DNA from: an uncultured Methanosarcinales archaeon
GTDB lineage: Archaea > Nanobdellota > Nanobdellia > Woesearchaeales > CAYZNE01
Assembly: GCA_964478955.1 (NCBI GenBank)
Contig: CAYZNE010000002.1
Span: 1-24,825, forward strand
Direction of reading: 5' to 3'
DNA length: 24,825 nucleotides
A program made the translations under genes and the position numbers. The notes below the pieces were generated by a model that made no database searches, was not told the DNA's origin, and saw nothing but the letters and a program-made list of their open reading frames with translations. Below are positions 15,321-24,543 of this stretch, in pieces; position 1 is the first letter of the stretch; each line of letters starts with the position of its first letter.

Positions 15321-17210
15321 TTACTTCAATCTTAGAGCATCTAGATTTCTAGGAAGATTAACTTCTACATTGTAGCTTCTTCTCATAGAAGATGCAAGGT
15401 CTGCAGATTGTTTTGGCTCTCCGTGATTAATAATTATTCTTTTTGGTTTTGGATTGCATCTATAAACAAAATTCATTAATTCTCGTCTATCAGAGTGTCC
15501 TGTAACTGTAAACTTTTCTATTTGTAGTTTTATTTCTGTGGTTAAGAAGTTTCCTTTTTCTTTATAAGAAAACGATCTTTCTCCCTGTTGTATTCTTCTT
15601 CCAAGCGAACCTGGTCCTTGATAACAAGTAAATATTAAACTATGTTTTGGATCATCACCTATTTTTTTCAGATATTCAACACTTGGTCCGCCCACAAGCA
15701 TACCGCTTGTTGCGAGAATAATACAAGGTTCTGTTGATTCAATCAATTGTTCTCTTTCTTTTCTTGAACCAATGTGTTTTATATTTGGATACAAGAAAGG
15801 ATTATCATTTTTATGAAATATTCTGTTTCTCATTGTATTGTTTAAGAATTCAGGGTATGCAGTATATATTGCGGTCATGTCCCAAACCATTCCATCAATG
15901 TAAATAGGTATTTCTTTAATTCTCTTATTTTTAATCATATCTTGAATAATAATAAGAACTTCTTGTGCTCTTCCAGATCCAAGAACGGGCATTAAAACTT
16001 TTCCTTTTCTCTTTACTGTCTCTTCAATCATTGATTTTAATTTTTCATCCTGCTCTTTAAATGGTGGCAAAACAGAATCTTTACCTCCATAAGTTGATTC
16101 TATCATTAATGTTTCTAATCTTGGAAATGTGCACGCTGCTTGACTTAGTGCATGAGTTTTTCCAAACTTAAGATCTCCTGTATAGAGTATATTGTGAAGT
16201 CCATTTCCAATGTGCAAGTGAATCATAGAGCTTCCAAGCATGTGTCCTGCATTATACAAAGTGATTCTTACATCAGGAGTTATGTCTGTAACTTCTTCAT
16301 AATTTAGTGTAATTGTATGTTTAACCATTTCTTTAACTTCTTCACTTGTATAGATTGGGTCTTGTCCATCATTGACCTGAATTTTTACAAGATCTAATTG
16401 TGATAAACACATTATGTCTCTTGTTGGTGCAGTGCAATAAACTGGGCCTCTATAACCAAACTTGAAAAGATATGGTAAGAATCCTACGTGGTCAAGATGG
16501 GCGTGACTTATTATTACTGCATCCAATTCATCTATTTTAAATTCTGGTGCTTCTAAGTAAGGATATGGTGCTTTATTATCTGCAACATTTATTCCACAGT
16601 CAAGAAGTACTCTTGATTCAGGGGTTTGTAATAGAATTGCAGATTTTCCTACCTCTCTTGCTGCACCTAGATAAGTTATTCTTATCCACTCTTCTTTTTT
16701 CTGTCTTAACCAGCCATTGTAGATTCTTTCTCCTGTTTTGTGAAGAAAGTTTCTTCTAAAATCTGAGTTTTCATAAAGAACAGATCTTATGTTTTCTACT
16801 ATTTGACTTTTGATTGCAGCAGTTCTTTGGATTGTTGGAACCCACAGTGTTTTCTTTTTTATTTCAAGAAGCTTTTCTCCTGATTTTCCAATTGCTGCTC
16901 CTGGTTTTTCAGCTTCTATTATCACACAAGATCTTTGTGGATCAAAATGGATTTCTCCAATTCCTGCTTCTTTACCAATGAGTTTTTTAATTTGTTTTTC
17001 TGCTTTTTCCATGTCCATGCAAATGCTTGGATCTGGTCTAAGCTCTATTCTTTTTTTTAATTTGTTTACTATTGCTTTAACATCAGAAGTTCCTTCAAAA
17101 ACGTATTTCTCATCTTTTGTATATAGAACTATGTTTGCACCTTCAAAAGCTGCAGCTGAGATTTTACTTTTTGGTAAACTTGTTGTAATTTCTTTTAAAA
17201 TATCTAACAT
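15321..17210 (-). CDS. fttA: aCPSF1 / FttA beta-CASP ribonuclease with N-terminal KH domains
   Basis: N-terminal KH region (FEGANIVLY, RIELRPDP, GAAIGKSG), GAAREVGKS, SHAHLDH, NAGHMLGS, ESTYGG, GRAQE, GHSD, NHGE. Confidence 0.95.
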   Translation of the reverse strand: MLDILKEITTSLPKSKISAAAFEGANIVLYTKDEKYVFEGTSDVKAIVNKLKKRIELRPDPSICMDMEKAEKQIKKLIGKEAGIGEIHFDPQRSCVIIEAEKPGAAIGKSGEKLLEIKKKTLWVPTIQRTAAIKSQIVENIRSVLYENSDFRRNFLHKTGERIYNGWLRQKKEEWIRITYLGAAREVGKSAILLQTPESRVLLDCGINVADNKAPYPYLEAPEFKIDELDAVIISHAHLDHVGFLPYLFKFGYRGPVYCTAPTRDIMCLSQLDLVKIQVNDGQDPIYTSEEVKEMVKHTITLNYEEVTDITPDVRITLYNAGHMLGSSMIHLHIGNGLHNILYTGDLKFGKTHALSQAACTFPRLETLMIESTYGGKDSVLPPFKEQDEKLKSMIEETVKRKGKVLMPVLGSGRAQEVLIIIQDMIKNKRIKEIPIYIDGMVWDMTAIYTAYPEFLNNTMRNRIFHKNDNPFLYPNIKHIGSRKEREQLIESTEPCIILATSGMLVGGPSVEYLKKIGDDPKHSLIFTCYQGPGSLGRRIQQGERSFSYKEKGNFLTTEIKLQIEKFTVTGHSDRRELMNFVYRCNPKPKRIIINHGEPKQSADLASSMRRSYNVEVNLPRNLDALRLK

Positions 17211-17339
17211 TTTTTGTTTTCACCTTGAATTAATGTTTAAATTAAACACTTTTTTTAAGATAGTATGAGTCTAAGATTTTCTTTTGTTTGAAATAAATAC
17301 CCAATAATTAAATTTATTGGTACCGATAAAAAATCGGAA

Positions 17340-17978
17340 TTAATAAATTCCTGTGTTGATCTTTCCAGATTCAACAAATTTAAATCCATCTTTATTTAGG
17401 ATTGCAATATCATAACCATTGCCAGACATTGTGTCTCTTTTCAAAGAAGAGTTTATTGCTTTTTTTACTAATACAATTCCTTCTTTTTGAGTCATTCCTT
17501 CTTTAAATTCATTTTCTAGAACTCCAATTGCGTAAACACTTCCTGATCCTGAAGACACAAAAGTTTTTACTTTTGTAACTGACCCATCAGGATATAAATC
17601 ATATAATAAAAGTTTACTGTCTTGTCCTGCAAGTAAGAAATGTGCAATTCCCTGTATCATAGAAGGAGTTCTTATAGAATTATATAACATTCCTGCAAGC
17701 ATGTTTGCTGCTTCTTTAACAGTTGTATTTCTGTTTGTTTGATTTTCTTTTAGAGCTAATTGTGCCCTAATAACTTTAATTAATAGTTGAGCTTCGCTAA
17801 CAGTTCCTGCCATTGTTAGTGCAAATCTGTCATTGATTTTTATAACTTTTTTAATATCTCCACTTGTAACCATATAGCCTGCTGTAACTCTTTTATCTGC
17901 AGCAAGAATTATGCAATCTTTACACACAACTCCCATAGTTGTTGTTCCAGTACTTAATGTATTTTCATCCTTATTCAT
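17340..17978 (-). CDS. psmB: 20S proteasome beta subunit
   Basis: 11-aa propeptide then G/TTT catalytic Thr, AADKRVT, AGTVSEAQ, SGSGS, KRDTMSG. Confidence 0.96.
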   Translation of the reverse strand: MNKDENTLSTGTTTMGVVCKDCIILAADKRVTAGYMVTSGDIKKVIKINDRFALTMAGTVSEAQLLIKVIRAQLALKENQTNRNTTVKEAANMLAGMLYNSIRTPSMIQGIAHFLLAGQDSKLLLYDLYPDGSVTKVKTFVSSGSGSVYAIGVLENEFKEGMTQKEGIVLVKKAINSSLKRDTMSGNGYDIAILNKDGFKFVESGKINTGIY

Positions 17979-18069
17979 CGAAAAACACCTTTTTCATAAT
18001 TTTATAGAAATCCCCATATTTAAGAATTATAACAAGTATAAACCTTATTTTATTTATAAATCTTTTGCC

Positions 18070-18282
18070 TTAATCATTGTCTTTTTTTAAATATTTAAAG
18101 AATCTTTCTATACCTCCATATTTGTCTGCTTGTCTTACAAATCCATCAGTAAATACTCCCATGCTTCCACTTATCCATAAAGCATTAGGGTTGCTGCTTG
18201 TTATTGAAGAATATATTCCTACTATTGTGCTGATTCCTCCTGCAATCATTTCTCCTAACCCTATTATTTCATATTTTTGCAT
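18070..18282 (-). CDS. Small hypothetical membrane protein (70 aa)
   Basis: Fills the gap, two short Gly/Ser-rich hydrophobic segments, basic tail; no family recognised. Confidence 0.55.
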   Translation of the reverse strand: MQKYEIIGLGEMIAGGISTIVGIYSSITSSNPNALWISGSMGVFTDGFVRQADKYGGIERFFKYLKKDND

Positions 18283-18323
18283 AATAGATGTAAATAGAAC
18301 AGGATATATAAATTTTAGGTAGA

Positions 18324-18581
18324 TTACTCTCTAAATGCTTTTTCTTGGGCTTTAAATGAAGCTATTGGGGAATATATAATGTCTGCTAGTTTTGTGTAGA
18401 TAGAATCTTTTTCTTGCCAGATTACTCGATACAGATCATACATAGAAATTGTTGCACCTATTCCTGATGTAATTTTGCCTGTGATTGTTAATGTAGTATT
18501 AACTCCGAAAGCACAATAAATTCCTGCCGCAAGATCAACTCCTAATGCACAATTGTTTACTATTTTTCTAAGTTTACTCAT
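18324..18581 (-). CDS. Small hypothetical protein (85 aa)
   Basis: Fills the gap, two Gly/Ala/Thr-rich hydrophobic segments; divergent from asnS. Confidence 0.55.
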   Translation of the reverse strand: MSKLRKIVNNCALGVDLAAGIYCAFGVNTTLTITGKITSGIGATISMYDLYRVIWQEKDSIYTKLADIIYSPIASFKAQEKAFRE

Positions 18582-18680
18582 TTCAATGCATTTTTGAGCA
18601 GGGTATTATTTAATAGTTTCTATTTAAAACACAAAACTTTTATAATTAAAGCCAACCAACACCTATTAGGAGGATTAAAA

Positions 18681-19979
18681 ATGGAATATACAAGTATTAA
18701 AGATACTTTAGCTAAAAAATCAGGAAAAGTCAAAATCAGAGGATGGTGCTACAGAGAAAGAGGTTCAAATGCTGTTCGTTTCATAGTTATGAGAGACTCA
18801 TCAGAAATAATTCAGTGTGTTTTTGATAAAGCAAAACTATCGCCAGAATTATGGGAAGAATCTCAGAAAATAAAAATGGAGGCGTCATTTGAGGTTAGTG
18901 GGGAACTAGCTAAGAATGAAAAAGCACCAACTGGTTACGAAGTTCAAGTAGAAGAATTAAAAATAATTGGTTTATCAGATACTTATCCTATTGCAAAAGA
19001 TTTTAGTCCAGAGTTCTTACTAGACCAGAGACATCTCTGGCTTAGAAGTAGGAAGATGACTGCAATGCTTAAGATTAGAAGCACCATCTTTGGTGCAATA
19101 GATGAATATTTTAAAGGTGAAGGTTTTTATGAGTATCATTCACCAATATTTCAATCTGTTCAGTGTGAGGGAGGTTCTGATCTTTTTACTGTTGATTACT
19201 TTGGAAAAAAAGATGTTTTTTTAGCACAAACCTGGCAGTTGTATGCAGAGCCTGCAATTTTTGCACTAGAAAAAATTTATACAATTGGTCCTACTTTTAG
19301 AGCAGAGAAATCTAAAACTTCAAGACATTTGACTGAGTTTTGGATGGCTGAAATGGAGATGGCTTGGTGTACATTTAAAGACATTCAAGATTATGGTGAA
19401 AAACTAATAAAACATATTGTAAAAAAAGTTTTAGACAAACACCAGGATGATCTTAAAGTTTTAAAGAGAGATATTTCAAAATTGCAACCTATTTTAGAAA
19501 AATCATTTGTTAGAATGACTTATGATGAAGCACTAAAGATACTAAAAGAAAAATGTGATTTTGAGATTGAATGGGGTAAAGATTTGAGAACAATTGAAGA
19601 GGATAAACTTTCTGCTTTATATGATGTTCCTATAATCTGCACACATTATCCAAAAAAAGTCAAAGCTTTCTATATGATGGAAGATAAAGATAAGCCTGAA
19701 GTTGTTTTAGGTTTTGATTTTATTGCACCTGAAGGATATGGAGAAATTATTGGTGGGAGTCAGAGAGAACATGATATTGAAAAAATAAAACAAAGACTTA
19801 AAGATGAGGGAGAAGATCCTGCTGAATATGAATTTTATTTAGACACAAGAAAGTATGGTTCTGTTCCTCATGGAGGTTTTGGATTAGGTGTAGAAAGAGT
19901 TGTTGCATGGATTTGTGGTTTTGACAGCATAAAGGATGCAATTCCATTCCCAAGAACAATGCTAAGGTGGAAACCTTAG
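18681..19979 (+). CDS. asnS: Asparagine--tRNA ligase
   Basis: Likely start ATG 18681 after AGGAGG. OB-fold N-terminus (IRGW, FIVMRD), motif 2 FRAEKS..RHLTEFW, EIIGGSQRE (AsnRS-type), motif 3 PHGGFGLGVER. Confidence 0.9.
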   Translation: MEYTSIKDTLAKKSGKVKIRGWCYRERGSNAVRFIVMRDSSEIIQCVFDKAKLSPELWEESQKIKMEASFEVSGELAKNEKAPTGYEVQVEELKIIGLSDTYPIAKDFSPEFLLDQRHLWLRSRKMTAMLKIRSTIFGAIDEYFKGEGFYEYHSPIFQSVQCEGGSDLFTVDYFGKKDVFLAQTWQLYAEPAIFALEKIYTIGPTFRAEKSKTSRHLTEFWMAEMEMAWCTFKDIQDYGEKLIKHIVKKVLDKHQDDLKVLKRDISKLQPILEKSFVRMTYDEALKILKEKCDFEIEWGKDLRTIEEDKLSALYDVPIICTHYPKKVKAFYMMEDKDKPEVVLGFDFIAPEGYGEIIGGSQREHDIEKIKQRLKDEGEDPAEYEFYLDTRKYGSVPHGGFGLGVERVVAWICGFDSIKDAIPFPRTMLRWKP

Positions 19980-19984
19980 TTTTT

Positions 19985-21040
19985 TTATTTTGATTTCTCT
20001 AAAAAGTCATCCATTTCTTCTTCTATTCTTGCAACAAAATGAGAATAATCTTTTGCAAGAACATTTGCACCGCAAGCGTGCTCGTGGCCACCACCATAGG
20101 CTTGTTCAAATTCTTTTATTATTTTGTCTAATAGGGCTCGCACATTGTAGTGTCTTGCTCTTAGAGAACAGTGAAGAAATCCAGATTTCTCTCTGCATAT
20201 AAGAATAAATTTATCAGGATGTTTATAAAGTATTTCATTACTTAACATAGCACTAAAGGCTATTCTTTCACTCTGATACTTGAATGCAATAAGTTTTTCA
20301 TTATTACTTTTTATTGATTTAATTGTTTGTTCATATTGGTCATTGAACTTTTTAGAATGTTTTAAAATAAATTTGCCTTGAGGAGTTTTTTCATCTAAGA
20401 TTTCACATGGGTCTTGTATTCTTGTTAAGATCTTTACATTTGTTTTAACTTGTTTTGATGTTCCTTTAAGACAAAAATCTAGAACTCTTGCAAGTTTTCC
20501 TATTTTACTATCAAAAAGTGCCTGTGCAGGATCTGTAATTTTTTTATCAAAAAGATTTTTGTATTGTTCACAAAATTCTTCTTTAAAATCTGGAACATAC
20601 CAGTCTGCAACTGCACCTACCATGCCGAGCCATAAAAGTTTTTGGTCATTAAGTATTTTGTATATCCAATAACTTGTTGGGCTATTATCTTCTGGATCAT
20701 TAATTAGTGGATTAAAATAATCTACTTTTTTACTTTCATCTGTGATTGGGTGGTGATCAATCCATAGTATTGGAACTTTTACTTTACTTATGAATCCATC
20801 TGCAACCTGAGGTTTATCAAGAATAATTATTCTGTCTGGCGCATATTCTTCAACAACCTTAAGGTATTGTTCATTAAGTTCTGGTGAGGTCTTAATTGGG
20901 ACTCCTCTGCCATCTCCAATATGTCTATAAATCATTAGAAATGAAGCTAATCCATCAGGGTCATCATCAAACAATATAAGCGGTCTGTGTGTATTATCTA
21001 GTATTTTCCTTATTTTTTCTATTTCTTGTTCTGTTATCAT
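19985..21040 (-). CDS. DHH/DHHA1 phosphoesterase (NrnA/RecJ-like)
   Basis: DDDPDG, ILD, WIDHH, GAVAD, C-terminal GGGHEHACG. Confidence 0.88.
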   Translation of the reverse strand: MITEQEIEKIRKILDNTHRPLILFDDDPDGLASFLMIYRHIGDGRGVPIKTSPELNEQYLKVVEEYAPDRIIILDKPQVADGFISKVKVPILWIDHHPITDESKKVDYFNPLINDPEDNSPTSYWIYKILNDQKLLWLGMVGAVADWYVPDFKEEFCEQYKNLFDKKITDPAQALFDSKIGKLARVLDFCLKGTSKQVKTNVKILTRIQDPCEILDEKTPQGKFILKHSKKFNDQYEQTIKSIKSNNEKLIAFKYQSERIAFSAMLSNEILYKHPDKFILICREKSGFLHCSLRARHYNVRALLDKIIKEFEQAYGGGHEHACGANVLAKDYSHFVARIEEEMDDFLEKSK

Positions 21041-21070
21041 TTTTGTTAATTTTGGCTTTAATAAGCTTTC

Positions 21071-21167
21071 TGCGTCTGTGCCATGTGTGCCCGGTTTGTC
21101 ACATACAAAAATGGCAAGGCCAGGACGAGAGCAGATTTAATTTAAATCTGTGAAGTAGCAGATATGC
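21071..21167 (+). ncRNA. Candidate structured RNA, possibly a minimal SRP-like RNA
   Basis: GC-richer non-coding island with TGCCAT/ATGGCA helix, CAGG...AGCA flanked by pairs, palindrome CAGATTTAA-T-TTAAATCTG and outer GCGT/ATGC pairing. Confidence 0.3.
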
Positions 21168-21223
21168 TTTTATTAGCCATGAAAAGCAGAATATTTAAAA
21201 AGATAGTCATTTTCTTTATAATT

Positions 21224-21495
21224 GTAGGTAAGTAGCTAACTTTCGCTCTTAGAGTGAGGAAAGTCTGCCCACCATAAAAGGTCAGCACATATGTGTGTCT
21301 TGAAAAGGACGGCAACCACTCAGAAACGGTACCTCTTGAGTGCAGAATGATGGATTAAATCCTGACATTGCTTAAGGATGGTTGAAACGGTGAGCCCTGA
21401 CTGGTGCAAGTTGTATAACGCTTAGTAGAATGTTAGCAAAGTTCATCCAAGCTTTGGCTTTGGGACTTACAGAAGGTAGCTTATCGCTTGCCTAC
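21224..21495 (+). ncRNA. rnpB: RNase P RNA (archaeal, short)
   Basis: P1 GTAGGTAAG/CTTGCCTAC, GAGGAAAGTC, AGAAAC, TGAAAC, GGTGCAAG, TAGAATG, ACAGAAGGTAGCTTA; P4 CTGCC/GGTAG; TATA-like TTTAAAAA about 22 nt upstream. Confidence 0.93.
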
Positions 21496-21526
21496 ACTTT
21501 TATTCCTATGCACTTAAGGTGAGAAC

Positions 21527-21925
21527 ATGAAAAAAACTAATATAATCTTAATATCTCTGTTGTTGATTTCTATGATAGTTGTTTCTGGTTGTGGAAAAAA
21601 CTATGTTTGTGCAGATGGTTCTGTAAAAGATACAAAAGAATTATGTTCATACAATAAAGTTGCATCTATCCGTGATAGAGATGCAGAGAGAAATGCAGAA
21701 AACTATGTTAAAGGTTATCTTCTAAACACAGATTATAGATACACTTATGTTAATTCTGTTCTAAATAAAGGAGATTTTGAAGTTAAGTTTATTATTTCTG
21801 CAAAAGATAATTCTGAAACTTACGAAACTTTAATTCTTGTAGATGGAATCACAGGTAACCCTGAATGTGTAGAAGGCTGTGATTTTATGCAACCTCCTGT
21901 TGAAGTGAATCAAACAGAAGTTTAG
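21527..21925 (+). CDS. Small predicted lipoprotein
   Basis: MKK, hydrophobic core, lipobox-like VVSGC after GGTGAG; CADGS..C and C-terminal CVEGC motifs. Confidence 0.75.
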   Translation: MKKTNIILISLLLISMIVVSGCGKNYVCADGSVKDTKELCSYNKVASIRDRDAERNAENYVKGYLLNTDYRYTYVNSVLNKGDFEVKFIISAKDNSETYETLILVDGITGNPECVEGCDFMQPPVEVNQTEV

Positions 21926-22461
21926 GTTTTTATTTTTGCTTTATATGGTACATTACATTGATAGTTATGTTTTACTCCTTTAGGTATTTCTTTATAGAAA
22001 ATTTTTCCTATTTCAAATAATAATGATATAAACTGCATTGCATAGAATTTTTTATCTTTTTTTGCATTTCCTGTAAAAAGGTTATGAAGTATTTTGCTTG
22101 TTTTATATCTATTATATGCTTTACAAAGTGGTGGTATTGCTAATTCACAGGCTGTTTCTATATTTGATTCAAGACTATTATCAAATATTTTGCCAAGTAT
22201 TATTTCATCTATATCTTCAATTGTAGTTTCTTCTGTTTTTTCACTAAATTTTTGATTATTGTTTAGATAAGTTAAATTATCAAAATCCCCATTTATCATT
22301 TTTCTTATATGAGTTGCTGAAGCATTAGTTTTCAACCAATATTTTAAAATTACTTCTGTTGAGTCTTTTATTATATTGAAACGTCTTTGAATAAGTTTAT
22401 AATCTAGTTCTGCTGTTTTCTTTTTGGTATTTATTTCTAATGGTCCTAATTTTACTACCAT
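21922..22461 (-). CDS. Hypothetical protein
   Basis: Long ORF; likely start ATG 22461 after GGTGG; no family recognised. Confidence 0.6.
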   Translation of the reverse strand: MVVKLGPLEINTKKKTAELDYKLIQRRFNIIKDSTEVILKYWLKTNASATHIRKMINGDFDNLTYLNNNQKFSEKTEETTIEDIDEIILGKIFDNSLESNIETACELAIPPLCKAYNRYKTSKILHNLFTGNAKKDKKFYAMQFISLLFEIGKIFYKEIPKGVKHNYQCNVPYKAKIKT

Positions 22462-22556
22462 CTTACCACCTTTGTTTTGTGAGTTAATGATGAAAATCAA
22501 GCTAAGTATTTAAACCTTTGCCAATGATGATAAATAACTATTTAAATAACCTCTAA

Positions 22557-24542
22557 TTGAGTAATTATATGATTCTAGGGCATATAATTGGCAAAATAAC
22601 AACAACTCATTTTACTTTTGAAATAGAGAAAGAAAGTAAAAAGTTTGAGTTTGTACAAGTGTATCACAAGTTGTATGATTATGTTTTATGCCAAGTAATT
22701 GAAATTGAAAGAAATTCAAGAGATATTGCTAAATGTGTTGTTCTTGGAAGATTAGATGACAAGGGAAACATAAAAGGAATAAGAGTTCCTTTTGATAATA
22801 ATTCTGAAGTTTTCAGAGCAGAAGATAAATTAATAAAAAGCATCATTCAACTAGACTCTGAAAAAGATGCTTCTGCATATATTGGTATTCTTGATGGTAG
22901 AAACATTAATGTTTTTCTTAATCTTCAAAAGTTATTAACAAAGCATGTTGCGATTCTTGCAAAGTCTGGTGCAGGAAAAAGTTATTCTGTTGGGGTTCTT
23001 ATAGAGGAAATAATAAATAAGAAAATTCCTTTGTTAATTATTGATCCTCATGGGGAGTATTCTTCGTTAAACCTTGCAAATGATAATCCCCAAGAACTAG
23101 AATTATTAAAAAAGCTTGGATTAAAACCTCAGGGATTTAAAGTAAAAGAATATGGTAATGCCCAAATTAATCCAAATTGTATTCCTCTAAGGTTGAGTAA
23201 TAAATTGGCTAGCAGTGAGGTAATGCACCTCTTACCGAAGCTCACTTCTAATCAGCAAGCCATTCTTTATGGTGCAATAAAGAACATTGAAGAGCTTAAT
23301 TTTACTAATCTATTACTTGAGTTGGATGCAGAAGAAAACAATGCAAAGTGGGGAATAATAAATATTATTGAGCATCTTAAAAATTTAAATGTTTTCTCTG
23401 AAAATCACACTCCTTACCAAGAATTAGTTAAACCTGGTTCTTGTTCAATCATAAATTTAAAAGGTATTTCTCCTGATGCACAAGAGATTATTGTGTATAA
23501 ATTATTAAAAGATCTTTTTGAGTTAAGAAAAAAAAATGCAGTTGCACCGTTCTTCCTGATAATAGAAGAAGCACACAACTTTTGTCCTGAAAGAAGTTTT
23601 GGTGAAATGAAATCAAGTAAAATTTTAAGAACTATTGCAAGTGAAGGAAGAAAGTTTGGTTTAGGTTTATGCATTGTAAGCCAAAGACCTGCGCGTGTAG
23701 ATAAATCTGTTCTAAGTCAGTGTACAACTCAGATAATTTTGAAAGTTACTAATCCAAATGATCTTAAAGCAATATCTAATAGTGTTGAGGGTATTAATTC
23801 TGAATCAATAAACGAGATTCAAAATCTTGCAATCGGAACATCTATGGTAACCGGAATAGTAGATATTCCTTTATTTGTTAATATCAGACCAAGAAAATCA
23901 AAGCACGGTGGAACTGCAGTAGATATACTTAACATTGACGATAAATTCTTTGAGAAAGTTCAAGAGTTTAGTGAAAAAGAGTTGCTTCCTGTAATTGCAC
24001 CAAAAATGACAATTAAAGATGTTATTCTAATGTCTGATTCAGATGTTGAGAATGTTAAAGTAATACTTGTTCCTGCATTCCAAGTTGTTTGTCGTTCAAA
24101 AGATGATGAAGAATTCAATATTCTTGTCGAGAGAAGTAAGGGTGATGTTATTATTGACCTTGAAGAATTCAAGACAAAAAAGATTCCTGAGTTATACTTA
24201 TTAGATAAAGACGCTGTAACTGCACTCAAACAAGCTCATAGATTTAAGGAATTTAAAGCAAGAGAAATAAAAGATATAGAAGATAGGAATTATACTTTAC
24301 ATTTACTTGTTGATTATGGTTATCTTGTTCATGAGAAAAATATCTACAAACTTTCAGATAAATATATTTTTTCAAGACTCGACAACTTCAAAGAGTTCTC
24401 TGCAATTGATTATAAAAACATTGAGTATCATGAAAAGAAAGATGCAGTTATTGATGACGAAACAATAAAGAATAAGCTGCATAAGTACACAACAGTTATT
24501 GAGTGTCGTGAATGTTTTGTTGTTAAGTATGAGCCAGAGTGA
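22557..24542 (+). CDS. HerA-like (DUF87/FtsK-HerA) ATPase with HAS barrel and C-terminal extension
   Basis: N-terminal HAS-like barrel, KHVAILAKSGAGKS (Walker A), IIDPHGEY, IIEEAH (Walker B), EGRKFG, SQRP. Start is TTG 22557 or ATG 22569. Confidence 0.88.
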   Translation: MSNYMILGHIIGKITTTHFTFEIEKESKKFEFVQVYHKLYDYVLCQVIEIERNSRDIAKCVVLGRLDDKGNIKGIRVPFDNNSEVFRAEDKLIKSIIQLDSEKDASAYIGILDGRNINVFLNLQKLLTKHVAILAKSGAGKSYSVGVLIEEIINKKIPLLIIDPHGEYSSLNLANDNPQELELLKKLGLKPQGFKVKEYGNAQINPNCIPLRLSNKLASSEVMHLLPKLTSNQQAILYGAIKNIEELNFTNLLLELDAEENNAKWGIINIIEHLKNLNVFSENHTPYQELVKPGSCSIINLKGISPDAQEIIVYKLLKDLFELRKKNAVAPFFLIIEEAHNFCPERSFGEMKSSKILRTIASEGRKFGLGLCIVSQRPARVDKSVLSQCTTQIILKVTNPNDLKAISNSVEGINSESINEIQNLAIGTSMVTGIVDIPLFVNIRPRKSKHGGTAVDILNIDDKFFEKVQEFSEKELLPVIAPKMTIKDVILMSDSDVENVKVILVPAFQVVCRSKDDEEFNILVERSKGDVIIDLEEFKTKKIPELYLLDKDAVTALKQAHRFKEFKAREIKDIEDRNYTLHLLVDYGYLVHEKNIYKLSDKYIFSRLDNFKEFSAIDYKNIEYHEKKDAVIDDETIKNKLHKYTTVIECRECFVVKYEPE

Positions 24543-24543
24543 G

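Noticed and set aside
18594-19979. Non-discriminating AspRS; track start at 18594
   Set aside because: EIIGGSQRE favours AsnRS; AGGAGG supports ATG 18681.
632-24229. Remaining short track ORFs nested in or antisense to long genes (e.g. 632, 1881, 2884, 3559, 4609, 5578, 6436, 7820, 10038, 12284, 13769, 14256, 16810, 18077, 19990, 23414, 23960)
   Set aside because: Shadow frames of well-supported genes, with biased antisense composition and no motifs.
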